64,000 nt of DNA from the NCBI RefSeq assembly GCF_009914755.1, contig NC_060933.1; one strand, written 5' to 3'. The translations under genes were made by a program, and so were the position numbers. This stretch comes from the human T2T-CHM13v2.0 reference genome, Homo sapiens. A model generated the notes under the pieces. The model ran no database searches and was not told where the DNA came from. It saw nothing but the letters and a program-made list of their open reading frames with translations. Positions 1-11,130 of the stretch are shown here, in pieces (the stretch's first letter is position 1; every line of letters starts with the position of its first letter).

Positions 1-113
1 GCTGGGAGCTATAGGATGAGTAGAATTTTCCAGGGAAAGAGAAAGGACAAAAGTGTTCCAGCCAAGGTGAACAGATATGTGAACATAAGGAAACAATAGA
101 TCCAAATATGGAT

Positions 114-484
114 GGTATTAGTCCATTCTCACACTGCTATAAAGATATTACGTGAGACTGGGTAATTTGTAGACAAAGGAGGTTTAATTGGTTCACAGTT
201 CTGCATGGCTGAAGTGACCTCAAGAAACTTACGATCATAGCAGAAGGGGAAGCAGGCACCTTCTTCACAAGGCAGCAGGAGAGAGAAGAGTGAGTGAAAG
301 AGGGACTTGCCAAACACTTACAAAACCATCATATCCTGTGAGAACTCACTATCATGAGAACAGCATGAGGGAATGGCCCCCATGATACAGTCACCTCCCA
401 CTGGGTCCCTCCCTTGACATGTGGGGATTATGGGGATTACAATTCAAGATGAGATTTGGGTGGGGACACAGACAAACCATATCA
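114..484 (-). mobile_element. THE1-family MaLR solo LTR
   Basis: Reads (g)gtattagtccattctcacactgct...gatgagatttgggtggggacacagacaaaccatatca, the reverse complement of the THE1 LTR. 371 bp, with a perfect 5-bp TSD TGGAT at 109-113 and 485-489. Confidence 0.93.
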
Positions 485-489
485 TGGAT

Positions 490-700
490 CCTTCAAAAAA
501 CTAGAAAAAAAATTATGCAATCCCAGTACATAGATTTGGGGAGGCAGGGAGAGGCCATAGCAAGTGGTGAGGCTAGAGAGCTGGGCAGAGGCTGAAGCAT
601 GCCAGACCTCCCAGGCCATGCTAAGGATCTGGAATTTCTCCTGATATCCATGGGTAGCCACTGCAGAGATTTAAACAGTTTAAGGAGGGATGAGATACCT
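490..700 (-). mobile_element. L2 fragment (continues at 1-108, split by THE1)
   Basis: Degenerate L2 motifs: gtgaggctagagagctgggcagagg, aggccatgctaaggatctggaatttctcctg, gccactgcagagatttaaacag. Confidence 0.6.
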
Positions 701-1681
701 TGGATAGCTCTCTGTCTACTCTACCCTCAAAAGGAAGGGATATATCTATGGGCAGTGGGAGTGAAAGGGAGTGCTATGGGGAGAAATTTAATGCAGAGGC
801 AGAACTTGTCTAGGCCCCTAAAGCTGGGAATTCTGAGAGGCGGTGATGGGTCTGGGACCTGGCATGCTGCATTTCAGGAGCACTGAACTTGTTTCAATGT
901 CCAGGAGAAGTGGGTTGATAACAGAGAGTGGAATCATCCATGTAACATATTTATTAATAAAACAAGCAGACAAGAGACGCCATCTGAAGCATAGACTTTT
1001 CACCCTGAGCCCTGAGGGAGAGGCTGATGACAGGCTAGACTCTGGCCAGTCCAACACAGATTCTGGCCTCCCCTTCCAGATGCCACAAGACAATTCTGGA
1101 TTATCCACATGGGGATGTCTGGGCCAGAGTGTACAGGCTCACCTCTCAGTTTCTGACCCTATAGCCAGATGCAGACAGTTGCCCTCCTCCTGTCTTTTTC
1201 ATTGCCATGGGCTCTTCAGGCAGCCTCTCTGATGTTCATTAAAACAGTCAGTCTGGCCAGTCTCAAGTCTGAGCTGGGCAGACTGAGATTGATCTCATAA
1301 CAAAGGAGCTGGACACCTGGGCTTGAAACCCCCCTCTCCTCCCTGAATTTGGAATCTCCTTTTCCCCTCTTCCCTTTCCAGCAGACTCCTTAATGATGAA
1401 GAGTGTCTCATCAATTCCCCCATAATTACCTGCTGTGTGTCCTCACGGAGACTGATAAGGAAGTAATTAGGATAGACATGCAGGGATTACAGGAAGGGAA
1501 AAATGTTCTGTTGTCAAGATAATGCCACTTTCCCTCACGCCCTCCCAGACAAATAACTGGGCAGGGTTTGAGGATTGTTAGAGATGGAGAGGCTGGAAAA
1601 GGAGTGAGGTGAACAGAGGTGGAAGAAGAAAGTGGAAATATGCATTTCAGACCTGAAGGGGTCCTTAATAATCATCTAATC

Positions 1682-2087
1682 CAGGAGTCCCAAACTCAAC
1701 GCTGTCAGTCCCCAGGCAGGTCATATAAGTGCTTGGAGCAGAAGAGATGGAAGAACAGCCATAGTACATGCCTGATGACAAATGACAACTGACACTTGGC
1801 CTTAGGGAGTTACCCTGAGGGAGGGGTGGGGCATTCTCATCCCTTTCAGAAGAGGCCACACAGCGGAGCTTCACAGCACACATTGCCATGCAGGAAGGAA
1901 GCCCAGTTTTGGCAGCTCTTCTAATTTTTCAAGAGAAGCTGGAAATCCAGCTGTTGTGTGAAAATTCTCATTTTTTTCTCACTTTGGAAACTTCTCTGTT
2001 TTTTTTTTAATTTAACAAAATATGAGCCAAACAAAATGATATCTGCATGCCAGATGTGGACTGTGGGCAGCCAGTTTGAGATCTCTA
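1682..2087 (-). mobile_element. MER102-like hAT-Charlie element inserted in a MIR-type SINE
   Basis: Contains aatgacaactgacacttggcct, tttttcaagagaagctggaaatccag and a terminal gggcagccagtttgagatctct. MIR-like sequence resumes at about 2090-2200. Confidence 0.7.
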
Positions 2088-2770
2088 ATTTTAGTCCAGT
2101 GCCTTTTTTATAGACATGGAAATGAAATAAGTATTCGGAGAAAAAGAGGGTTTTGCCCAAAGTCACAGAGCATGTTAATGGCAGAGTCAAGACTCAAACA
2201 AGCTTTAGCTCCTTACTCTCCCATTTTTCACAATACTTAAAACTGGAGGCTGAGCACAGATCATAAGGAAAAAAAACAGGCATATAAATAATACCAGTGA
2301 GTGCAAGCAGAGATATCGAATTGCCCAAAGAAAATTCTGCAGTGGAAAATGAAAACATCATTTCCCATGGTAGTTGTGGGAGAAGGGAGAAGAATGTACA
2401 AAAGGCTTAATACACAAGGGACTAAACCATTTCTTGCTTTGATAGAAGAATCAGGAGCACCCACTTCTGTATTAGAGGATTGAGATTGGGGATACGAACA
2501 CAGTCCCGACCCACTAAGCAGCTAGGAAACTGATATGTGGAAAGGCAGACCCATAAATCAGTATGGGTGATGAAGTGTTCCAAGTGCCAAGAGAGAGTAT
2601 CTTCAAGAAATTAGGGTGAGCCAAGATAAAAGAGTGCTGAATCTATATGGAAGTGATGGTGATAAGTAAGTCCTCAAAGACAAAATGACACTTGATATGG
2701 AATTTGAAGGATAAACATTTTACCAGTTAATGGAGCAGTGGATATAAGTTAAATCCTCAAGGACGTAGAG

Positions 2771-3111
2771 CAATGGTCCCCAACCTTTTTGGCACTAGGT
2801 ACCTGTTTCATGAAAGACAATTTTTCCACAGACCAGGGGAGTTGTGGGGGACTGGTTTTGGGATAAAACTGCTCCACCTCATATCATCAGACATTAGAGT
2901 CTCATGAAGAGCATGCAACCTAGAACCCTCAAGTATGCAGTTCACAATAGGGTTCGTGCTCCTATGCATATCTAATGCCATGGCTGATCTGACAGGAGAT
3001 GGAGCTCAGGTGGTAATTGCTCGCTGCCCACTGCTCACCTCCTGCTGTGCCATCTGGTTCCCACCAGGCCATGGACTGGTACTGGTCTGTGGCCCAGGGA
3101 TTGGGGACTCC
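2771..3111 (+). mobile_element. MER1B hAT-Charlie MITE
   Basis: Termini caatggtccccaacctttttggcac ... cccagggattggggactcc. Internal gcatgcaacctagaaccctc...gcagttcacaatagggttcgtgctcctatg. About 340 bp. Confidence 0.88.
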
Positions 3112-5010
3112 CAACACCGACAATTGAGACATTTGAGGACACCCTAATTACTTCCTTATCAGTCCCCATGACAACCTACAGCAGCACCTGGAGGGGATGG
3201 ACTCCAGGCAGTGAGAGCAGATAAGCAACAGTCCCATGGTAGAAATGCATGGAAGTATATAAAGCAGGACAGTGGGGGTTACAGTAGATAGGGTTTATGT
3301 TCAAGGAGGTAGCCATTGGAGGCAGGCTGAAGAGGAGAGTTGAGACCACATCTGAGAAGGTCAAGTGTGCCAAGCAAGGAAGTGTGCATATGTTAAGTAA
3401 AAAATGGGCAGCTGCTGAAAGTTTGTGAGCAGGAAAGGGAGATCATGACAGTACTGGTGTGTCTGGGGAAGATTCACCTGGCAGTACATAAAGAAGCTTG
3501 AATAGCAGCTTGAAGAAACCGATGCAGAAGTCCCTAGGGAGGTTGTGAAGAGCTCCCTTATCCTCCCTCCTTCAACAAATATTTGCAATAAGACACTGCA
3601 ACAAGCATCATGTTACAAGCATTATGCTAGAAGCTTGGGATCCAGTGATAAATAAAGCAATCATTCAACAGATTTATTTCACACATAGTATGTCCCAGGT
3701 ACTCTTTGACGGCAGGGTTTTGGCCTCAATCATTTCAGAGCCAACAACAGAGTTTGGCGTCTAGTAAGTGCTCAATAACTGTTTGTTCTATCTAATTTTC
3801 ATGAAAAAGCCCAAAGGGAAAGTTAAAGGACCGAGCTTGGGAAATTTCAGTAGAGCTCAAAGGCATGGATAGGAGAGAAGAGGGCTGTGGAATGAAAAGA
3901 TTTCTGATTCTTAGATCAGGATTCTGAGTTTCATTCTCGAGTCCTTGCAATTGTTCTATAACCCTGAACAATTCCCTTTCTCGGACTCGGGGTCAGTTTC
4001 TGCATCTGCAAACTCAGGGAACTTGGAGTAGTTCCCGAAGGTCATCCATGAAATTGAAAGCATGATCAGATGGGATAGGTTGCACGCATACACACTAAAC
4101 ATGATCAAATGGGATAAATTAGCACAGAGGAAGATAGTATAGAATGTGCAGAATCTCTCAGCCTAGGAGGATAGAATACCAAGAAGAGAAAAAAAGACAG
4201 AAAGAAAGAAAAGTAAGATTTGAGAAACTTTGGGACTGTTCAGAGCTGCTGAGCTGAGTATCTGTAAACCTCTTGAATCATCTCTCTGCCATGACCTGCC
4301 CCCTGAAAGACCTCAGGCTGAATGATCCCTTCTGTGTCCTGCCACTTTCATTATTATAATTACTGAGTCCATTGGTATTCTCTAGATATGCTATATGCGG
4401 TGGAAAAGCACTTTCCCAATGATTGTTAATTAATCCCTCACCACTCCTATGCCTGAGAGGGACTGCTTAGTGGCCTCATTTTTCATCCCAGGGAAATGGG
4501 CACAGAAAGGGGTTGAAGGTTGACAGGGTCACTCAGCCAGGCTAAAGCTGAATCAGGACTAGAACATGGGGCCTTTCTCTAGCCATTCATCAGCTGCCCC
4601 ATGGATGACCCAGCCAGAGTGCCACAGAGTAAATGGGTTTAGCAACAGGTCGCTGTGAGAAGTGATGGCAAATCCCCTATAGAGTGGGTGACGGAGAGCC
4701 ATCTCATGGCGAGGAAAAGAAGAGTGGAGTGGATGCCCTGTGGAGGTTAAAGGGAAAGGAAGATGAATTAAGGTTTGGATGCCATCGAAGGAGTCTGAAC
4801 TTTATAAGGAAAGCCTGGACTTCTACTGGGATTCAGAGAAGGAAAATGTGGCCTCTTGCTGTAGAAGCAAAGTGACCTTCTGTCAGGTTAACCTGCAGCT
4901 GGAGGGCCAAGGAAGTGTGACATTCCCCAACAGGTCAGGGAAGACTTCTAGGAAGCAGCTGTTGCACCTTCTTCCAGGCCAAGCAGGTAACCTACTGCAC
5001 TTCCAAGTTC

Positions 5011-5041
<31 letters not shown>

Positions 5042-5659
5042 TGAAATTTTTATTATAAGCATTTGCTACCCTTTAAAATAATTGAAACAAGATTTTTTTT
5101 GAAAACACAGGTATGAGGTAGATACCATTCCTTGTTCCTTGTCCACTTTCCTCTTTTAATGTAGAGATCAAGTTTTGGCCAGTGATATGTGAACAGAAGG
5201 GAAAGCTCATTGTCCCTCCAGTGCTGACACAAGAAAGCCTGAATAATAATGTAGACAGGAAAGGAAAGAGGGAGAGGAGAGGGAGAGGAGAGGGAATGGT
5301 CCCTCCCTTGAAGGTAGAGACTAAGTTCACTTTTTCACATGGATTCAGGGGCCCTGGCACTGGTGGGTGAAGATGAATTAGGATTGGGTTTTAGAGGAAG
5401 GGGAGAGGAAACTCTGCTATTCTTAGTCAACCAAATGACAAAGGGGGGTGGACATGCAGTGGAGGTGAGAGGAGAAACCAGATGCAATTCCTTCTCCAAG
5501 ATCACTTGGCAAGAAGTTCTAGCTCTCAGGACTCCATATAAAGTGGCCATACTCAGTTGCTGCTGGGGTCATAAATTCAGAGCCCAGAAAAGATAGACGA
5601 CTGTGATGAAAATAGCTACCATTTATTGTTTACTATGTTCCAGGAACTGGGCTTGACAC

Positions 5660-5900
5660 TAAAATAATAATAGACATGACTGCCATTGCTAAGCACACAT
5701 TCTCCTAGGAGTTGTGCTTGGCACTTCTCATGCACTCTCCCTTTTAATTCTCAAACTGCCCCATGAAATGGGAACTGTTATCGTTCTTATTTTCCCATGA
5801 AGAAACTAGGACTGAGAGAGGTTAAGTAGTTTAGCCAAGGTCACCAGTAACTGGCAAAGCATGGACTCAAGCCCAGGTCTTAGTGACTCCACAGCCCTTA
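5660..5900 (-). mobile_element. MIR SINE
   Basis: Core gaagaaactaggactgagagaggttaagtagtttagccaaggtcac...ggactcaagcccaggtct. Confidence 0.8.
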
Positions 5901-6205
5901 CACTTAATCCATCTGAGGACTTGCTTCTCTTTACCCATGGTTTTCTCCTTAATAAGGGAAGCTGATGGGGCTGGAGTGCCTGAAGAAGAGCCTGCCCAAG
6001 TCAACCTGGATGCTCCCATTATACCCTCCCACCAGGACACTCCAGATAATGCCAAAGAGGGAACAATTCTCAGGCCTAACTCCTGCTCATTTTCACACAC
6101 TTCAGCCTGAGGCTTCAAGAAACCCAACTGACACAACTAGACACAGTGAAAGAGAAATTAGCCAGATGTTGGGGATGAGTGGAAAAACAGAGCAAAGCTC
6201 TTCAC

Positions 6206-6405
6206 CTGAGTCCCTCTCCGAAGCCCCTCTCTGGATTGGTTCCTGGAGGGACTCCCTGAGCATTGGTTTGTGATCTCCATGCAAAGAGCAGAAGAGAATA
6301 GAGGACGGCAGGGCTCCAGGGCTGAAAGGAGCCAATAGCTCATGTTCCTCCATCCCGACTTCAACACTTCAGCTTGACCATTGGTGTGAGACCCTGCCTC
6401 CAGCT
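6206..6405 (+). repeat. Left arm of a ~200-bp inverted repeat (partner 7007-7211)
   Basis: Manual alignment to the reverse complement of 7007-7211 gives about 26 substitutions and 4 indels over about 196 columns. Confidence 0.93.
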
Positions 6406-6539
6406 CAAATAACTTTTCCTCTTCGCCTCCTCCCCACCTACCCCTTCCTCTGTGTCATTCTACATGAACACATGTGGAGAGAGAGAATGTAGCAGACACA
6501 GCTCATCTTTCCTCCCCAGCTGCAAATGCAATGTACCCC

Positions 6540-6932
6540 TTTTAACAATAATAGGAAACCCCAAATTCACTGGGCAATTCCCACCTTTCTTTGTAGCTAG
6601 TTGTAACCATGAAACTGAGTCCTGTCTAAAGGGATATAAATGGAAGTTAGTTTAACTTGCAGAAAATTCCTGAAATGAAGGGGATGTGCCCTTCTCCGGA
6701 TCTTCTCTCCTTTCCATGGCTGGAATGAGGACACATTGGGTAGAGCTAGGATAGGCCTGTTGGCTCATGAAGTGAACTTGAGAATTCAGGCCATGCACAA
6801 CATAGCAACAGGCAGAGGGACCCTGTGTCCTCAGCAGTGTCCTGCAGCATGCAACACCTAAGACAGAAACAAACACCTACTTGTGTAACCCACTTGGGTT
6901 TTCCGTCACTTTTGGCTGAATCACTTCTAACA
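6540..6932 (+). mobile_element. Old ERVL/MaLR LTR (MLT1J/LTR33-like)
   Basis: gctagttgtaaccatgaaactgagtcctgtctaaagggatataaatggaagt and the 3' end cttgtgtaacccacttgggttttccgtcacttttggctgaatcacttctaac resemble highly diverged MLT1/LTR33 LTRs. Confidence 0.6.
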
Positions 6933-7006
6933 CAGCAAGGGGGTATTTGATAGTGAAGACTCTAAGTGTCCCAATCACAGAAGTCATATGTCCTATGTCT
7001 TCTGTA

Positions 7007-7211
7007 AGTTGGAGGCAGAGTCTCACACTGATGGTCAAGCTGAAGTGTGGAAGTCAGAATGGGGGAACCTGAGCTATTAGCTCCTTTCAGGCTTAGAGCC
7101 CGAGGTTTCCTGCCTTCCTCTTTCCCTTCTGTTCTTTGCATGAAGGTCACTAACCAATGCCCAGTGAGTCACCCAGAAACCAACACAGAGGGGCTTTGGA
7201 AAGGGACTCAG
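7007..7211 (-). repeat. Right arm of a ~200-bp inverted repeat (partner 6206-6405)
   Basis: For example tctcacactgatggtcaagctgaagtgtggaagtc pairs with gacttcaacacttcagcttgaccattggtgtgaga. Confidence 0.93.
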
Positions 7212-8118
7212 TTGTGTGTGCTTCCAAACAGTAGGGTTTGATAGAAAGAAGGGCTTTGGAGACAGAATATCAATTGAGCCTCGGTGTTCTCATCCATTAA
7301 ATTGGGCTCCGAGGGTTAAATATAACAAGCCATACCCTCCTGAAGGAAGGGCTATGTCTGTCTTGTTCATTGACTTATCTATCCACCAATGATACAAAAC
7401 ATGACTGACATACAGTGCTGGATAAAGAATTGATAAATAAATGGGTGGTGTGCACCAAGCACATGGCCTATGGTGGGTGCTCTTGGAATATTAGCGATTT
7501 TCAACACAATCCTGACATACCTTCTCTATCAGAACTTTTGACTCTGATAGCAGCTTGTGAAGATTAAAACAAAAGCCCATCGAAGATTTAAAAACCAAAA
7601 ACGAAGTCTGTGAGTTAAATTTCTGAATTCCACTGCAAAAACACTTAGGGAGGGAGGGTCTCATCTCCCTTTTAAAATTGGAATGCAGAAAGATAATTAC
7701 CTTCCTCTTTCTACAGCCTTCTTAGTTCCTCTCTCCTCAACAACCCTCCATTCATACCCCATTTAATTTTCACACATGTTCTTAGATGCTAATTTTCTTT
7801 CAGACTTCACTGGGCAGGCTCCTCAGCTTCTGTCTGAAAAGGACAGAACCCAGAAAACTAGAAAATGTAGGGCCCACTGGGGAGGGTGTCAGCTCCCCAC
7901 CACCAAGGAAATGTAGATTTAATACAAAAGGGAAAGAAAGGAAATGAATGAATTCTTTTTCTTCAACTTGTTTTCTTTTTTTTGAAAACCTACTTTGCTT
8001 CATAATAATAATAAATAATAATCAGCTATCAGATATCTGCTCTGTCAGGCTTTAGCTAAATGTGTTGCCACCCTTTATAGCATAACTTTCACAACAAGCC
8101 TACAAAGTAGACAGGATT

Positions 8119-8427
8119 GGCTGGGTGTGGTGGCTCATGCCTGTAATCCCAGCACTTTGGGAGGCCAAGGTGAGTGGATCACTTGAGGTCAGGAGTTCAA
8201 GACCAGCCTGGCCAACATGGTGAAACCCTCTCTCCACTAAAAATACAAAAATTAGCTGGGTATGGTGGCACACGTGTAGTCCGAGCTACTCAGGAGGCTG
8301 TGTGAGAATCGCTTGAGCCAGAGAGGCAGAGTTTGCAGTGAACCAAGATTGCACCACTATACTTCAGCCTGGGTGACAGTGAGACTCCATCTCAAACAAA
8401 CAAACAAACAAACAACAACAACAAAAA
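8119..8427 (+). mobile_element. AluS, full length, (CAAA)n tail, inserted in a MIR
   Basis: Dimeric Alu consensus, with acaggatt duplicated at 8111-8118 and 8432-8439. Confidence 0.96.
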
Positions 8428-8509
8428 GGACACAGGATTAGCCTATTTAACAGATGAGAAAATGAAGGCTTGGGGGCTTAAGTCACTTGCCTAAAGCAAG
8501 AGCTAACAC

Positions 8510-8995
8510 CTGCTCACATAGATGCATACACAAATGTATATAACCGTACTATTCACAATAGTCACAAGGTGGAAGCTACCTAATGTCCATCATCTAATGA
8601 ACATTCAGCTCAATATGGCATATCCATACAATGGGATATTAGTTGGCCTTAAAAAGCTATGAAATACAGATGCATGCTAAAACATGAATGAACCTTGAAA
8701 ACACTATGTTTAATGAAAGAAACCAGTCACAAAATACTCTGTATTATATGATTCCATTTGTGTGATATGTCCAGAAAGTAGACTAGTGGTTGCTTAGGGG
8801 AGTGGGTAGTGCTGGGGAGATAGGGAGTTGATAGTTAGATTATGGGGTTTCTTTTCACGGTGATAAAAATGTTCTAAAATTGACAGGTGATGGTTGCATG
8901 TATCTGTGAATATACTAAAATCCATCAAATTATATACTCTAAAGAGGCAGATTATATTGTATGTGAATCATATCTCAATCGAGCTATTTCTATTT
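8510..8995 (+). mobile_element. Old L1M (L1MB/ME-like) 3' fragment
   Basis: aatgtccatcatctaatga, tatccatacaatgggatatt, atgaaccttgaaaacactatg, tgtattatatgattccattt, gtatgtgaatcatatctcaat. Confidence 0.88.
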
Positions 8996-9490
8996 AAACT
9001 GATGCCTGAACCCATGCCTGGAAGGCTCCCAACTCCTGTTAATTCCACCTCATCACCTGCCATTGACATGTGCCACCTCATTGAATGTTCAGAATGATTC
9101 TGTGAGGTGTGCATGGCCGCTCTCATCTCACAAATGAGGAAATTGAGGGCCAGAGAGGAAAAATAATGTGTTCTCTTGCAAAGGAAAATTTAATTTAGAG
9201 GAAAAAAAACCTGATTTTTTCAACATCTCTAATATGAGGAAACCACCCAGGTTCATTATAAAGAGAAAATGTGAGAGCAGCAACAGACTCTAAAATGATC
9301 TAGCCATCTTCAAACTGCCTCCAAAACACCATAACCAAAAGATGCCCATGTAGGTGCTCCACAGTTATTGCAGGGGGGGTTGGAACAGTTTTTAAATTAT
9401 ATTTTAGATACTGGGCTTCCACATAAGACTTCAATAAAAATATTACTAAGAGAGTTTGGAAGCCACCGATCTTGTCCAACTTGCCCATTT

Positions 9491-9633
9491 TATTTTACTT
9501 TATTATGCTTTTTAGTAGAGACGGGGTTTCACCATGTTGGCCAGGCTGGTTTCGAACTCCTGACCTCAAGTGATCTGCCCGCTTCAGCTTCCCAAAGTGC
9601 TAGGATTACAGGCGTGATCCACTGCACCCGTCC
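9491..9633 (-). mobile_element. Solo Alu left monomer (AluS-type sequence) with TSD
   Basis: tttttagtagagacggggtttcaccatgttggccaggctgg...ccactgcacccgtcc, flanked by ttgcccatttta on both sides. Confidence 0.9.
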
Positions 9634-9836
9634 ATTTGCCCATTTTAAACATAAGATAATTGAAAGAGGAGAGAAACAAGGTCTCTCTGAGCCACATGGT
9701 GAGTTAATGTCAGCACTAGGCCAGGGCCTGTGTTTCACTGCTTCCATGTTGTGCACTCCTCTTGTCCAGATTAATGGCCTGGTGCATGAAGAATAGGCTG
9801 CAGAACCTGGTTTCACTTCCAAACCATGCTGCATAC

Positions 9837-10035
9837 CAGAGGTCAACAAACTTTTCTTTGTAAAGAGCCAGATGGCAAACATTTTGGGCTTTGCAGATCA
9901 TATGGTTTTCCACAATTAACTTGGTTATTATAGTAGGAAGGCAGCCAGAGACACATAAAAAAGGGGTGTGGCTATTTTCCAATAAAATCAGTAGGGGGCT
10001 ACAGTTGGCCTGAGAGTCATCATTTGCTGTCTCCT
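9837..10035 (+). mobile_element. MER58A hAT MITE
   Basis: cagaggtcaacaaacttttctttgtaaagagccagatggcaaacattttgggctttgcag ... gtggctattttccaataaaa. Confidence 0.82.
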
Positions 10036-10389
10036 TCTCCAAACAGATCCTATACTCTTCTTTCCAGGGATAAAAGGGCTGGCATATGATGAGCAAAGTG
10101 GTCACTCTTTAGTGCCTTTGTAGGAACTGTCCATGGTGGTAGTGCCGGGTGGTGGAATCAGGAAGTTCTGCTTTCAGGTGCAGGCTTACCTTCACTGACC
10201 CCTGAGACTAGGATACATCAGCCACACCTTGAGACATTTATTTTTAATATGCGGAAAACAACATTCACCCTCAGGGTCACTGTAAGGATTACATGAGAAG
10301 TGGTATATCAGGGCTTTTTTTTTTTTTTTGACGGTGGAGAGAATAATGATAAGCAAAGCCAGGCATACTCCTTGCCTTCATCTCCCAGC

Positions 10390-11130
10390 ATTCTGCCTCT
10401 ACCACCTGGTTCCAGCCAAACTGCCCTCCCTGCTAAATGCCTTTTACACACCAGCCACAGTGGCTTCATAGTCCTCACTCCCTCTTCTTGGAATGCGTTT
10501 CCTAAGAGCCTCCTGTGGCTCACTCTTCTCATTTTTCAAGTTTTAGCCCAATTACCACTTCCTGGAAGTTTTCCTGATGATTATTTAAAATAGCAACTTC
10601 AGACCAGGCATGGAGGCTCACGCCTGTAATCCTAGCACTTTGGGAGGCCGAGGCAGGTGGATCACCTGAAGTCAGAAGTTTGAGATCATCCTGGCCAACA
10701 TGGTGAAACACCATCTCTACTAAAAATACAAAAAATTAGCCAGGCGTGGTGGCCTGTGCCTGTAATCCCAGCTACTTAGGAGGCTGAGGCATGAGAATAG
10801 CTTGAACCCGGTAGGCAGAGGTTGCAGTGAGCATAGATCATGCTACTGCACTCCAGCCTGGGCAACAGAGTGAGACTCTGTCTCAATAAACATAAAACAA
10901 AATAAAATAAAGTAAAATGGCAACTTCTACCTTGCACCCCCAGGGGCTCACTCCATTGCTTTATTTTATTCATAGCCCTTAACTGCTATCTTAAATTCCA
11001 TCACTTGTATATTTATTTACATGTTTATTGTCAGTTTTTCTTTAAGCTCTAAAAGGACCTTTCTGCTTTTCTAGAATCCAGAATGCTGCCTGGAACATAG
11101 TACACATGAATAAATGTTTGTTGAAAGAAA
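10390..11130 (+). mobile_element. L2 3' portion (interrupted by Alu 10601-10913)
   Basis: ccctcttcttggaatgcgtttcc ... and the L2 terminus tgcctggaacatagtacacatgaataaatgtttgttgaa. Confidence 0.7.
10601..10913 (+). mobile_element. AluS, full length
   Basis: Dimeric Alu. TSD aaaatagcaacttc (10587-10600) / aaaatggcaacttc (10914-10927). Confidence 0.96.

Noticed and set aside
6158-7241. Paralogous small genes on opposite strands (similar ORF peptides)
   Set aside because: The similarity comes from the DNA inverted repeat. Indels shift frames between the arms, so coding is not conserved.
9368-9796. 142-aa ORF and other Alu-containing ORFs (for example 15952-16323, 32618-32854, 56088-56456)
   Set aside because: Peptides such as [17 protein letters not shown] and [11 protein letters not shown] are standard Alu translations.
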